Below the pieces are notes generated by a model. The model was not told the DNA's origin and did no database searches. It saw only the letters and a list, made by a program, of their open reading frames with translations. DNA of 63,017 nucleotides, the filler included, from Octopus bimaculoides (lineage: Eukaryota): NCBI RefSeq assembly GCF_001194135.2. It is 5 parts of 5 records of this genome, joined end to end, with 100 filler letters (N's around TTAATTAATTAA, not from the genome) between each part and the next. Parts side by side here need not be neighbours in the genome. Positions count along the whole stretch, not along the records: positions 1 to 20,919 come from NC_068987.1; positions 21,020 to 40,092 come from NC_068998.1; 3 more parts are not named here. The stretch is one strand, 5' to 3'. Shown piece after piece: positions 12,701-24,329 of this stretch. Each line of letters opens with the position of its first letter. The stretch's first letter is position 1. The position numbers and the translations under genes were made by a program.

Positions 12701-14121
12701 ATCTAAATGCATACACACACATATTTATATACGCATTAGTTACAGGATCCATTAGAATCTAGGTACATCAACTCGTATTGCGCCACAAGTGGCTATTTAA
12801 ATAAACCCGGAGCGTTCACATTGAGGTAAAACAACCATAAATATATCTTATGTTGGTAGGATACTGTAGACATGTAAGTACCAAATTTTATTTAAACTGT
12901 AGATCCAACTCTATGTGCGGCCGAGGTAAATTTTAAACCCCATTTGTGTTCTTATGTATATATAAATATATAAATTTTTGCAAGAAAAAACACTAATGAG
13001 TCGAGAAATCGAAACCGAAAACTAAGTTTGAATTTGAGTTTCAAATATGTTGTTGACACGTGAAGAGGCCTTTCTGCAAAACTGTGTTCTTGATAATACT
13101 ACTAGTGTAACTTCGCGTAGCTGAAAGTCAATAAGTTGTCAGATTTTTATTGAGGAAAGTCTTGCTAGTTCACTGGCGTGGCGTCGTCCACTGGTTAGAA
13201 CATGTGAAAGGAACTAAATGGTGAAAGAAAAAAGAAAAACGAACGAATAAAGGTTGAATGACTCTTACAGACACGTGCGCTGGATGTAATTAAGAAATAG
13301 TGGTGTCATCTACTTACGAATGTATGTGTGAAGTGATGCAACAACTAATGCTCAAAAGGAACAGTTTGATAAACATAACCGAACATTGATGCTTACAGGT
13401 AAATAAAACGTGTGTCCGAGTGAGCTCTGCTAGAATACGTTTCGATAGCTGACAGATAGCAAGAATCTTCTCATTTAAAATGTGAAAGCAGGATGGAACC
13501 CCAAAAAAGAGAACTTAGTAATTGAATAAAAAGAAGTGAGAAACATCGGAAAAAGCTAGACTGGATGTAATGTTATGAGTTGGCAATAAATTTACGATCT
13601 AAACTCCAGTGCAAAACACTGAATGTCATCTCAGCGAAAAATTATGAGAATTGAATCTACCGTGTGTTTTGGCGGATGTTGTCATATTGTATTATTGACT
13701 GTGAAATTGCTAAATTCGTTTTCTCTTTAGTTTTTTCTTCTCTCTACAGACAAAATTGGATGCAGATGAAGAAAATGGTAACATTCTTCACAGCATTATT
13801 TTGTCTTTTTTTTTTAATGTAGTAGTGAAGTGTCCTATTTTCTAAATCAATTTTTTTATTTCAAAAATGTCAGAATTATTTAAAATTCTGTTACTTATGA
13901 TATAAATGGGTTTTTTTTTCTTTCAGAAATACAAACATGCGATTACCTCATCAGACAAGTATTATTCTTATTATTGTTGTTGTTATTCTGAAAGACTCTC
14001 AGATAGTTCTTAATTACCAGTAATTCTTTACTTGTAAGTAGGCAGTAACAAATCACCAAAGGTTTCAAGAATTGCCTTCTCCTGTGACTCAAAGAGACAA
14101 TACTCTCCTTAGAATGCTAAC

Positions 14122-14276
14122 TTGGCGTGGATGTGTGGTAAGAAGCTTGCCTCCCAACCACATGGTACCGGGTTCAGTTCCACTGCATGGTACCTTGGGC
14201 AACTGTCTTCTTCTATATCCTCGGGCCAACCAGAGCCTTGTGAGTGGATTTGGTAGACGTAAACCGAAAGAAACCC
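14122..14276 (+). mobile_element. 5' part of tRNA-derived SINE family C (CORE-like motif accttgggcaagtgtc)
   Basis: Matches 39563-39950: tgtgtggtaagaagcttgc head, gggttcagttcc B box, accttgggcaa core. Confidence 0.85.
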
Positions 14277-14289
14277 AAGGGCACTATTA

Positions 14290-14728
14290 CTTGACTGGTA
14301 TCTTACTTTATTCTACCCGAAGAGATGAAGGGCAAAGCTTACCATTATGAGATTTGAACTTAGAACTTAAAGAGCCGGAAGAGTCGCTAGTATTTGAGTC
14401 GCTAAGTATTTTGTCAGATGTGTCTATATTTCAAAGCGTGTTTTATATTTCTTTCTCGAGCCCCAGGACATATGGCATCGATTACGGTTTCCTTGCGAAC
14501 AAATGACTGGAATCGCAACACTTCCCTTTAAAGGTATCCCGTTCCGTTACAGGGATCAACGATATGAGTTTTGAGGGGAGTGGATAAGCTGATTACATGG
14601 GCTCCAGCACTTGACTGGTACCTAATATCAATCCCCACGAAGGTTTTGAACACAGGAAGTAAAGAGCCGGAAGAAATGCTGCTAAATATTTTGTGAGCTG
14701 TGCTAACGATCCTGCAAGCTTACCACCT
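14290..14728 (-). mobile_element. Cluster of decayed minus-strand SINE pieces (family A/B at about 14290-14420 and 14575-14728; family D piece at about 14458-14560)
   Basis: actggta..ttattctacccga..gatgaagggcaaag and gatttgaac motifs; the 14458 piece resembles 54205-54310. Confidence 0.65.
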
Positions 14729-15121
14729 TATTTCTAGGCATAGTACTATATTTTGTTTGTGTTGGATATGTATGCAAATTTCTCCTCACTACGCCACCGA
14801 TGCAGTTTGAGGGTAAGGCAAATTAAGGGCCGATACTGCCTGTTATCTGTGTCGTTGCAGGGGTTACCATAAGAAAGCAAAACACCGAATCAACTTAGCG
14901 TAAGGAATTCCATTCGACGCTCTTGACACAAGACAAGAAAGCTTTCTTCTTCCCAGAGAATTAAAGAAAACAACTCGTCATTGTAAGAAATGATGACTGG
15001 TGGATAGTAGAATTTTTCTCTGGTTTCAATGACAGGGATTAAAAGATCTATTTTCAATGAATCCAATTTTATCCATCCCTTGTGTCTTTCTTCAGCCTCC
15101 CCCTCTCTTTCTCTCTCTTTC

Positions 15122-15154
<33 letters not shown>

Positions 15155-15534
15155 TTTCCTTACTTTGTTCCACCCTCTCTTCTTCTTATTATTATTATTC
15201 TTTCTCTGAAAGTGAAAGGAAGCTGTCACCTAATATCTATTTTGGTAAAAACATTTACCATTGTGCTGACATTAAAAAAAGAGAATCAAATGTCTATTTT
15301 AATGAAATCAATTATCACACTTCTTTTGTTCGACAAGAAAGAAAAAATGGTAAATTCTATTTTAGGATAATCCATTATTATCAGTTTCTTTGATGTTGGA
15401 CATCGGGGCATACATATAAATATATGTGTGTGTATGTGCAAATATACATAGATATATATGCATATATGTATACACCTTATACTTATGCTTAAACGAATAT
15501 ATATATATATGTGTGTGTGTGTGTATGTGTGTGT

Positions 15535-15646
<112 letters not shown>

Positions 15647-15766
15647 CTATACACATATGTGCATACATGTATGTATATACACATTTAATATACGCATAGG
15701 TATATGCATGTATATACATGTATATATATATAAGTGTGTGCGTGAACACATACAAAAGCATATAGG

Positions 15767-15838
<72 letters not shown>

Positions 15839-16298
15839 CATACATACATACATACACACAAGGACGCATATATACCTACATACGCATAAGTTAGTCAAAA
15901 TCATTATCAGCGAGTACAGATGGGCTAGATGGAGAGATAGCTATGGAGCTACATTTCATTTCTATCGTAGCTTTTCTCTATTCACTGGCGTGTCCAAGAA
16001 AGAAAGTAAAACTCCACCCAAGTCCCGGAATAAAAGAAGAGTTATGTTGTTATGTTGATGCCGTTGGATGTTAAATGTGCATATGAAAAACTCGAGACTG
16101 GAGAATTGAACACTAATGTTTAGTAACAGTATATGTGAATGAGCGAAACTTTATGAAGTCTCTCTTTGAACAAGACAAATATTTCTCGACTGTTAAATTG
16201 TGTTCACTGTAAATAATAAATAGGTATCTATGTTTGTACAACTTCCTTTAGTTGGTCCTATTAGGTTGAAATACACAATATAGTACCGTAAACGTACT

Positions 16299-16500
16299 TA
16301 CGTCAGCGTACAGAAAAGTTCCTGGCTTTGGGTAAAATAAAATACAGACAGATCAGGTAATTCTGGTTTTATTCAACATATTTCATATATTGCAGTTGTC
16401 TCAGTTTTCCTTAGCCCTGTAAAAGAAATCGGAAGATTGGGCCTCCAACTAAGCCTTTTGCGATATCCTTAAAGCCAGGAATTTTTCAGCACCCCTCGTA
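16299..16500 (-). mobile_element. Mariner-derived MITE with TIRs and TA ends
   Basis: Left tacgtcagcgtacagaaaagttcctggcttt versus right aaagccaggaatttttcagcacccctcgta. The interior is homologous to 56878-57032. Confidence 0.8.
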
Positions 16501-17462
16501 CATTTTATTGAGAGGACATGATTCAGAGAATGATTACCAAGTTTGATGGCATATACAACGCACGTTTTTCCAAAATTACGCCTCAAGAATATCACAACGG
16601 GTCCTATATGCGAAGTTGGGCTTCTCATATTCTTTAATACATTAATTTTTTTTTTCTGTTTTCCTTAATGTGTGCTGCTAAAATTGGGATGCGTCTAATA
16701 GACCCGTGGTCTATGATAGCTGTTGTTATTTTCATGCTTTATGAAAACAAAATACGGTGTGACAAGACGTTTGGAAACTAGTGAAATAATAACTTTCGCG
16801 TAGAATATCGACGCGAGCAGAAAAATCTTGCAAGATGAAACAAAACAAATTCTGGATAAATTATAAGAATGTAGAATAATAATTTCAAATTTGTAGACCA
16901 AGAGAAACAGTTTTGAGGGGAGGGGAAGTTGAGTGGATCAGCCATAGTACTTGATTGGTATTTATTTTATCGACCTCTAAAGGTCCAGATCGACGGCATT
17001 TGGACTGAAAATGTAAAGGGCATAGCATAGCATTGTGTCTGATCTGGAAACGATTCTCCCAGCTCACCGCCTTAAGGATGCAGAACGGTATGATACTGAA
17101 CGTAGGGTTGCAACATTTTAGTAAGAAATAAATTGCATTGGTCTGAGAGTATTTTAGAATTATCAGTAATGGTTCCAATTATGAAAGCGTTTTCGCTAAT
17201 TTAGCTTAAACAGTAATATTCATTGCTTACATTGGCAGGCACAAGTCAGATATTTTGAGGAGGAATGTTTAGTGGAATAAGGACAGTTCAGTACTTGATG
17301 GCTAATTATTTCATTTTATCGATTCCAGTAGGATAAATGCCGAAGACGTTTCATGCAAGACTTCAACATTCAGAAAATAAAAGAGACGCATCTGCAACAA
17401 CAACAACAGAACGCATTTTGTCGCTGTACTGCTTATGGATTCTTCAACAAATTGACCGATAA

Positions 17463-17505
<43 letters not shown>

Positions 17506-18567
17506 GGAGGAGGATGATGAGGATGATGAGNNNNNNNNNNNNNNNNNNNNNNNNNNNNNNNNNNNNNNNNNNNNNNNNNNNNNNNNNNNNNNNNNNNNNN
17601 NNNNNNNNNNNNNNNNNNNNNNNNNNNNNNNNNNNNNNNNNNNNNNNNNNNNNNNNNNNNNNNNGGAGGAGGAAGATGAAGAAGAAGGAGGAGAAGAAGA
17701 AGAAGAAGAAGAAGAAGAAGAAGAAGAAGAAGAAGAAGAAGAAGAAGAAGAAGAATGGCGATGGTGATGACGACAATGACGACGACACTTACTTCGCTGA
17801 TGAGGGCCAACCACGAAACGTAATCGATGTTACGTATATTTATCACTATTAGCAGTGTTACGAATAGCATTGCCAGAGTTTCTCCACATGAAATAGAGTT
17901 AGTTGCAAGGCAAAAAGAAAAACAAAAAATCAAGCAGAACTAAAATTATCCGAGAATTAATAGCTAAAAATTCCTCTAGACGTATTTGAAATCATAGACA
18001 AAAGCAAGGGAAATAATTCCTGTAAAATAAATTTGCGGACAACATATCTTGTCAGATAAAACCATTCGTTTTTTTTTCCTTTTATTTTTAATCTTTTCCA
18101 ATAGTATTTCAAAAACACGAAATTTTTTTTTATCGTAGTGTTTTATGCCGCTTTATAACACTATTCTTCCTCTACAACTTCCATTTTTTAGAAAATTTGA
18201 ATAAATTTAATAGTATTTCAAGCATATGACGATGAAGTGCCAGGTATAAGAAACGAGCGAATTTATCTGACAACCTCATACAAAGAATTCATATTGGATC
18301 GTATCTGGTCTTTGAAACAACTAACTTTCATGGACAATGTTAGACTCCCATAAAGAATGTGACAAGAATCCTTGTCACACCGGCAACTGGTGTATCTCAG
18401 ATGCTATTCTACAGTCTCACAGGACCAAAGAATGCCCGAATAGAATGAAAGTTGAGGACAGTACAGTGACAATAACAGAAAGAATCATCTACAAAGGAGT
18501 TCAGTTCGAAACCGTATCCATCTGTTCGTTAAATCAATAGGTATGTACCAATAATTCAAGCCTGTTT

Positions 18568-18960
18568 AGGGCGACGAGCTGGCAGAAACGTTAGCACGCC
18601 GGGCGAAATGCTTAGCGGTATTTCGTCTGCCGCTACGTTCTGAGTTCAAATTCCGCCGAGGTCTACTTTGCCTTTCATCTTTTCGGGGTCGATTAAATAA
18701 GTACCAGTTACGAACTGGAGTCGATGTAATCGACTTAATCCGTTTGTCTGTCCTTGTTTGTCCCCTCTATGTTTAGCCCCCTTGTGGGCAGTAAAGAAAT
18801 AGGCATTACGTCGGTCTTTACGTTCTGAGTTCAAACTCCGCCAGGGTTGACTTTGTCTTTCATCTTTTTAGGGTCGATAAAATAAGTACCAGTTGAGCCT
18901 TTGGGTCGATGTAATCCACCGAAATTGCTGGCATTGTGCCAAAATTTGAAACCCAAATTT
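18568..18960 (+). mobile_element. Near full-length SINE family B (18568-18801) followed by a 5'-truncated family A copy
   Basis: agggcgacgagctggcagaaacgttagcacgccgggcgaaatgc..gagttcaaattccgccgagg..gcctttcatc..ggcagtaaagaaat, almost identical to 61474-61707. Confidence 0.92.
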
Positions 18961-20062
18961 CAAACCTGTTACGTCTTGCTTCTGTAGAAATGAATTAATC
19001 CTTATCATCATCATCATCATCCTCATTCTCTTCATCTTCATCATCATAACCGTCATTAGTCTTCTCGCCTTCCTCCTCATATTCATCATACGCTTCATCA
19101 TCATAACCTTCTCCCTATCCTCCTCCTCCTTCTTATCATTATCATCATCATCTCAATCATCATAAACATCATCGTCACTATCATCATCATCGTCATCATT
19201 AGAATCCATCCCGTCCTCATCTTGATTGTCGTCGTCGCTGAGATCATAATCTTCCTCATCATAAATGCCTTCATTATCCTCATAATCCGTCTCCTTCTCA
19301 TACTTATTTCCGTCGCAGTCATCATCATCATCATCATCCTCATCATAATCATCATCATCACCATCGTCGGTATTTTAATCATCATCATTATCATCAGCAG
19401 CAACATAATCATAGATGTCCCCATTATCGTTCTTATCCACCAAGACATTATCCCATAATTTTCCTTCATTTTCCTTCTCTTCGTCTCAACGGCCATCATC
19501 ACCGCCACCACACCCACCACCACCAACACCGCCACCACGACAACCATCATCATCATCATCATCTTCCGTGTCACCATTATCATCATTAGCTACAAAGAAA
19601 TTTTTTACATAATTTAATTTAATTTAATTCTTCTTCTTCTTCTTCTTCTTCTTCTTCTTCTTCTTCTTCTTCTTCTTCTTCTTCTTCTTCTCCTTCTTCT
19701 TCTTCTTCTTCTTCTTCTTCTTCTTCTTCTTCATCGTCGTCGTCATCATCATCATCATCACCATCGTCATCATCATCATCAATCATGCTACAATTATCAA
19801 CAGCATTATTCCCATCATTTTCATCAATGCTTCCTCAATTCTTCATTGGGACAGAAATCAACAAACGAAGTTAACTACTATAACAATCACCTACGGGCTT
19901 GTCGCTTCCCGGGGGCTGCTATTTATTGCAAAACTTCAACAACCCAATCTACAAAGCACTGTATGGTTTATCAAATTATGTGTATGTGTGTGTGTGTGTA
20001 TTTATACATACACGTACACATACCACATAGGTACAGACATGCACATAATACACACATACACA

Positions 20063-20110
<48 letters not shown>

Positions 20111-20126
20111 NNNNNNNNNNNNNNNN

Positions 20127-20196
<70 letters not shown>

Positions 20197-20274
20197 ATAG
20201 GCATATATGTGCGCACACACACGCACTGCACTCATATATATAAATATATACACACACACACACACACACATATA

Positions 20275-20326
<52 letters not shown>

Positions 20327-21019
20327 ATATATATCAGCGAGACAGTGTGGCAGAGAGAGAGAGAGAGAGAGAAAGAGACAAAGGAAGAGAGAGGGAGGCA
20401 AAGGAAGAGAGATGTAGAGACACACCGTTTGAGAAAGAGGGTAAAAATCAACTGGGAAAAACAGAGAGCGAAAATGCGTAAATTGAGAACGGTAAAATGA
20501 AGGAAGACTACTGCAGATTTTTGTTGAGTTGCGATAGAGTGATGAGCTAATATTTCAGATGCTGATGATGGATAAATTCTTGGACGTTTGCTGACGTTTA
20601 CGATCCGTCTGTCGGGAATTGGATACAAATAAGCTTCACTAAGCTAGACCTTCACACAATTGAATCATGCCTAACTGCTCTTAATAATTCTCTAAATTCC
20701 GAATCCTTCCATAAATTTATCGTAATCATATTCACATAACTTGCGGCTGCGGTTTTCTCTTATGATTCGACACCAAACATTCTAAGTATCGCATAGAGCT
20801 TATCACACGTTGCTGCGCAGTTTCTATTTTTCCTTTGGTGTATTTGTTTGTTTTTCCTTTCCGTCCTTTTACTAAATAGTCGTTTTCATTTATTTATTTA
20901 TTTATTGGTTTCTTTAAGANNNNNNNNNNNNNNNNNNNNNNNNNNNNNNNNNNNNNNNNNNNNTTAATTAATTAANNNNNNNNNNNNNNNNNNNNNNNNN
21001 NNNNNNNNNNNNNNNNNNN

Positions 21020-21203
21020 TCTTCACAGGAGACTGGTTTGCATCTTGATTTATGTCGATTTGATGAATTTTCTTCAAGTGCAAGATCAGAGACGTAGTAG
21101 ATCCTCCAGAAGACTTCATGATCTTATCACACTTGTTGCATTAAGCTTCATCTTTGTTTTTCCTATCGAAAAAATTCCAAACAGTTGATTTTCTTTTTAT
21201 CAT
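21020..21203 (-). pseudogene. BED zinc finger of a hAT transposase, one in-frame stop, truncated by a gap
   Basis: Hand translation: MIKRKSTVWNFFDRKNKDEA*CNKCDKIMKSSGGSTTSLILHLKKIHQID (W..F, CxxC, HL..H). Confidence 0.85.
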
Positions 21204-21672
21204 GCTAGGGCTAATGAAAATAATTCAGAAAAAAATTAGTTACTGCTTCTTCCTTGAAATGAATCTTGAACTGGTTATTACATATGCTCAATGGGAAAGA
21301 TCACCTGACTGAAGACTAACAGCATCCCCTTGACTTGCTCTGAATAAAGTCGGTTACCTACAAATTCAATGGGGCAGCCAGGGGTTAGCGAAGGAAATGA
21401 CAAGGTGCTGATCTAAGGTTCAAGGGGAGAGAAGGTAAGAATATGTTGATATGTTGCGATATGTTTCAATGAAACAGACAGCACTTTCAACTAAAGGCGA
21501 CCGATAACAGTTCAGTTAGTTCAGTTTCAACGATATTTCTTCAGAAGAAATGTTTTGCGAAAAAAAAAGAAAAAAAAGAAATAACAAGCATTAAAATCGG
21601 TTTTGGCAAATCCGTTTCGGTTTTACTGATCATAATATAAAACCGGTTTTTTTTAACCGGTTTCGAGCCCTA
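21020..21672 (-). mobile_element. 5' end of a hAT DNA transposon
   Basis: Minus-strand terminus TAGGGCTCGAAACCGG at 21672, with subterminal AAACCG repeats (21595-21665) upstream of the BED finger. Confidence 0.7.
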
Positions 21673-21900
21673 GCTATGACCCTCTCCATGACTTTCATTA
21701 CCTGATCTAACAGCTTGATACCTCTGTAATTATTTGTATCTAAAGCGTCACCTTTACCTTTGTAACAGTTGACTATGGTGCTGCTACACCAGTAATTGGG
21801 TATTACTCCTTCGTGTATTACCTGGTTAACAATACAAGTGACTAGGCTATAGCCGACACTGCCAGATATTTTGAGCATCTCTGCAGTGATTCCTGATGGG
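21673..21900 (-). mobile_element. RTE-clade LINE RT fragment
   Basis: GVIPNYWCSSTIVNCYKGKGDALDTNNYRGIKLLDQVMKVMERVI. Confidence 0.88.
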
Positions 21901-22070
21901 CCATGTATATTTCTTCTTTGACTTTTTCCTCTTTCAGACGAGGAGCCTTGCTCGAAATGTCACACTCCCTCTTTTTCCTCAACTTAAAATTTCTCTGAGT
22001 GTCAATTTAATATATTCATTGTGTACATCCTTTTGACTTCTGTAGTTTACCGTTTTTGTTTTTAATTTTT
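21900..22070 (+). mobile_element. PLE-terminal-like repeat with degenerate hammerhead motif
   Basis: CAGACGA-G-GAGC-ctt-GCTC-GAAAT-GTC at 21935-21961. Confidence 0.5.
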
Positions 22071-22559
22071 TATTTTCCTTCCTTCCTATCTACTCATTCA
22101 CCTACTCACCTACCTATCTACTCACTTACCTACCTGCACCTTAAATACATGCCCAAAGAAGTCACTCGATTCTACAGTAACACATCATCAGATGAAAGGA
22201 TGAGCATGTAGTAACGCCTGCGCATGCGTAAAATTAAACAAGCAAGCGTTTTCCGCTCAATTCATTCTCTTTCTCGCTGGCCAGCGATTGAGGAAGGACG
22301 TGTGTTTAAAGCTGTCTCTACATCTTTCGGTCTTATACTCGACAGCTCGTTATTCTCACCTCTAAAGATGCATAACTAAAGATATGTATGTTTAACCAAG
22401 TAAATAAATGTTGTTTAAGTTGTTTAGTCTGGAGTTCAGCGTTCCATCAATTTCTTTAATTTTATAGTAGAAAGTCAGGTATACAATCTAAAAGCATATA
22501 TGAGTAAAAGACCATGCATGGCTATGTTAGTAGAAAGCTCTGAGATGATAGTAACATTG

Positions 22560-23290
22560 ATCATCAAAGCAGTCTATCATGGACCAATAACCAGATTACT
22601 ACCTCCCACTTTGAAGGGTATGCAGTTATAATCCAGGAACAGGAAATATCAACCAAATACCTAATGCACAAAAGGGATAGAGATGCAGGTAAAGCAGTAA
22701 AATGTGACAACCAATGCAGACTTAGTGGAGTTAACACTGAAGATATCACCCACATCATAAGCAGTTGTCTGAAAATGTCTTCACGGTATTATCTACCCAT
22801 GAGACATGATGTTGTAGCTAGGACACTATAATGAAATCCATCAGAAGGAAAACCCTGAAGACAAAGAAATAAGAACCCACAGTATGGTACAAGCCATAAC
22901 TACTCATGGAATGTCCCAGTGAAAACCTTAATAAAATGTAAGCACAATAGACCTGATATAATGATTTGGGATAAAGAGAAACTGTGTACAGTTGTGGAAA
23001 TTAGCTGCCCAGCGGATGTTAACATAAAGCTGAATGAAGGTCAGTGAAAAAGAAAATACCCACACTGACTATTGAGAAATCTGTAGTTATTCTATCCAGA
23101 TTACAAGTTCAGGTTTATACCTGTAATTATTGGGGCCCTGGGATATGAAACACACTACCTAAATACTGATCTTGAGAAATTAGGCTTCTCAAAACCAGAA
23201 AGGAGAAAGCTAATTTGAAGACTACAGATTCAACCCATCACTAGAATTGTAAACATCTGTAAAACTTTCTAGAAGTTTATCATTTAAGTA
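22560..23290 (+). mobile_element. Decayed RLE-type (R2-group) LINE C-terminus, a different family from the 9.2-kb copy
   Basis: Across frameshifts: QEQEISTKYL, CRLSGVNTEDITHIISSC, RHDVVAR, CKHNRPDIMIWD, VVEISCPADVN, PVIIGALG. Confidence 0.85.
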
Positions 23291-24329
23291 TATATGAACA
23301 TGTCTAGGTATGCAACTATATGCATGAGAAGACATACATAAAACAAAACATACAAATCTACACATATACATACATACATGCATGCAAAAATACTCTGTTG
23401 TTGATGTTGAAATTTCAATGAAGGAAGCTTTGGATCTAGGTTAGAAATCAGCTCTGTATTGGCAGGAAATCGTAAAATAAAACTGAATACACACACACAC
23501 ACACACACGGCAGCCAGCCCTTTGTATGTGTGATTACTGCTCCAGGATAAAGCTCTGACAAAATTTGCCGAAGTCTGGTTATCTAAGATATTAATATTTT
23601 CTAATTGACACATATTAATTATAAATATTGACACACTAAGTTGATAAAATACGTGCTCGACCTTCAAAATCTTTGCTTGGATTAAAAAATTTCAACAGAA
23701 ACCATATAGCCTAAAGGAAAACAGTACAAAATTCCTAAGTTCTCAAGAAAACTTAGTTACTTAATTGACTAACAATGATATTGAATGGACCTAAGTAATT
23801 GACTCCTTGAAGAGAATTTATGCAGCCAAAGGTAAGGTATTTTAATTTTATGAAGTAGACATAAATCTTTTGTGTTTTGTTTACATGAGAGTTGCTTCCA
23901 CATGGAAAGTTGATAAAATCCAGTAAGACTTTGTTGTGCTCCATACCTTTTTGACTCAATCTATGCTGTTGTCCGTTTCAGTACCCAAATTGATTGAATA
24001 ATTAATCAATTACTTCATTTCTCGCTATTTCTCTTCTCACCCTCTCCTTATGATACAAAAGTCAAATGTAAAAACACAATTTCCCCTTTACTAGCCATGT
24101 CTCTCTCTCCCTGAAAGATTATAGATATATACTCAAACATGCATATATAGATTTTTCTCTCTGTCCTATGTACAGGTATTTTAACTCTTAGACTGACACA
24201 GTTAATACAACCTCTTCCACCTGTCCACTTGCAGATCATAATTTACATATCTCTGACTTCCTTCCTTTCTTTCTACCTATCTATCTCTCTCCTTATCTCA
24301 CACTCTCTAAATATATAAAGGGAGAAACT

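Noticed and set aside
19000-19590. Met-rich, Ile-rich and Asp/Glu-rich frames suggesting an acidic protein
   Set aside because: All residues are single-step decay products of an (ATG/GAT)n microsatellite, and the acidic frame is broken by stops.
20570-20630. ADVYDPSVGNWIQI, kelch-like peptide
   Set aside because: It is preceded directly by stops with no splice acceptor and is a single short match.
20920-21019. TTAATTAATTAA island between 44 N on each side, repeated at 40137, 46126 and 60665
   Set aside because: The 44N+12+44N layout is identical each time, and the 12-mer is a palindrome with stops in all six frames. It is a scaffolding spacer, not biology.
22207-22449. TG...CA segment with AATAAA resembling a solo LTR
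   Set aside because: No TSD, no second LTR and no internal domain nearby.
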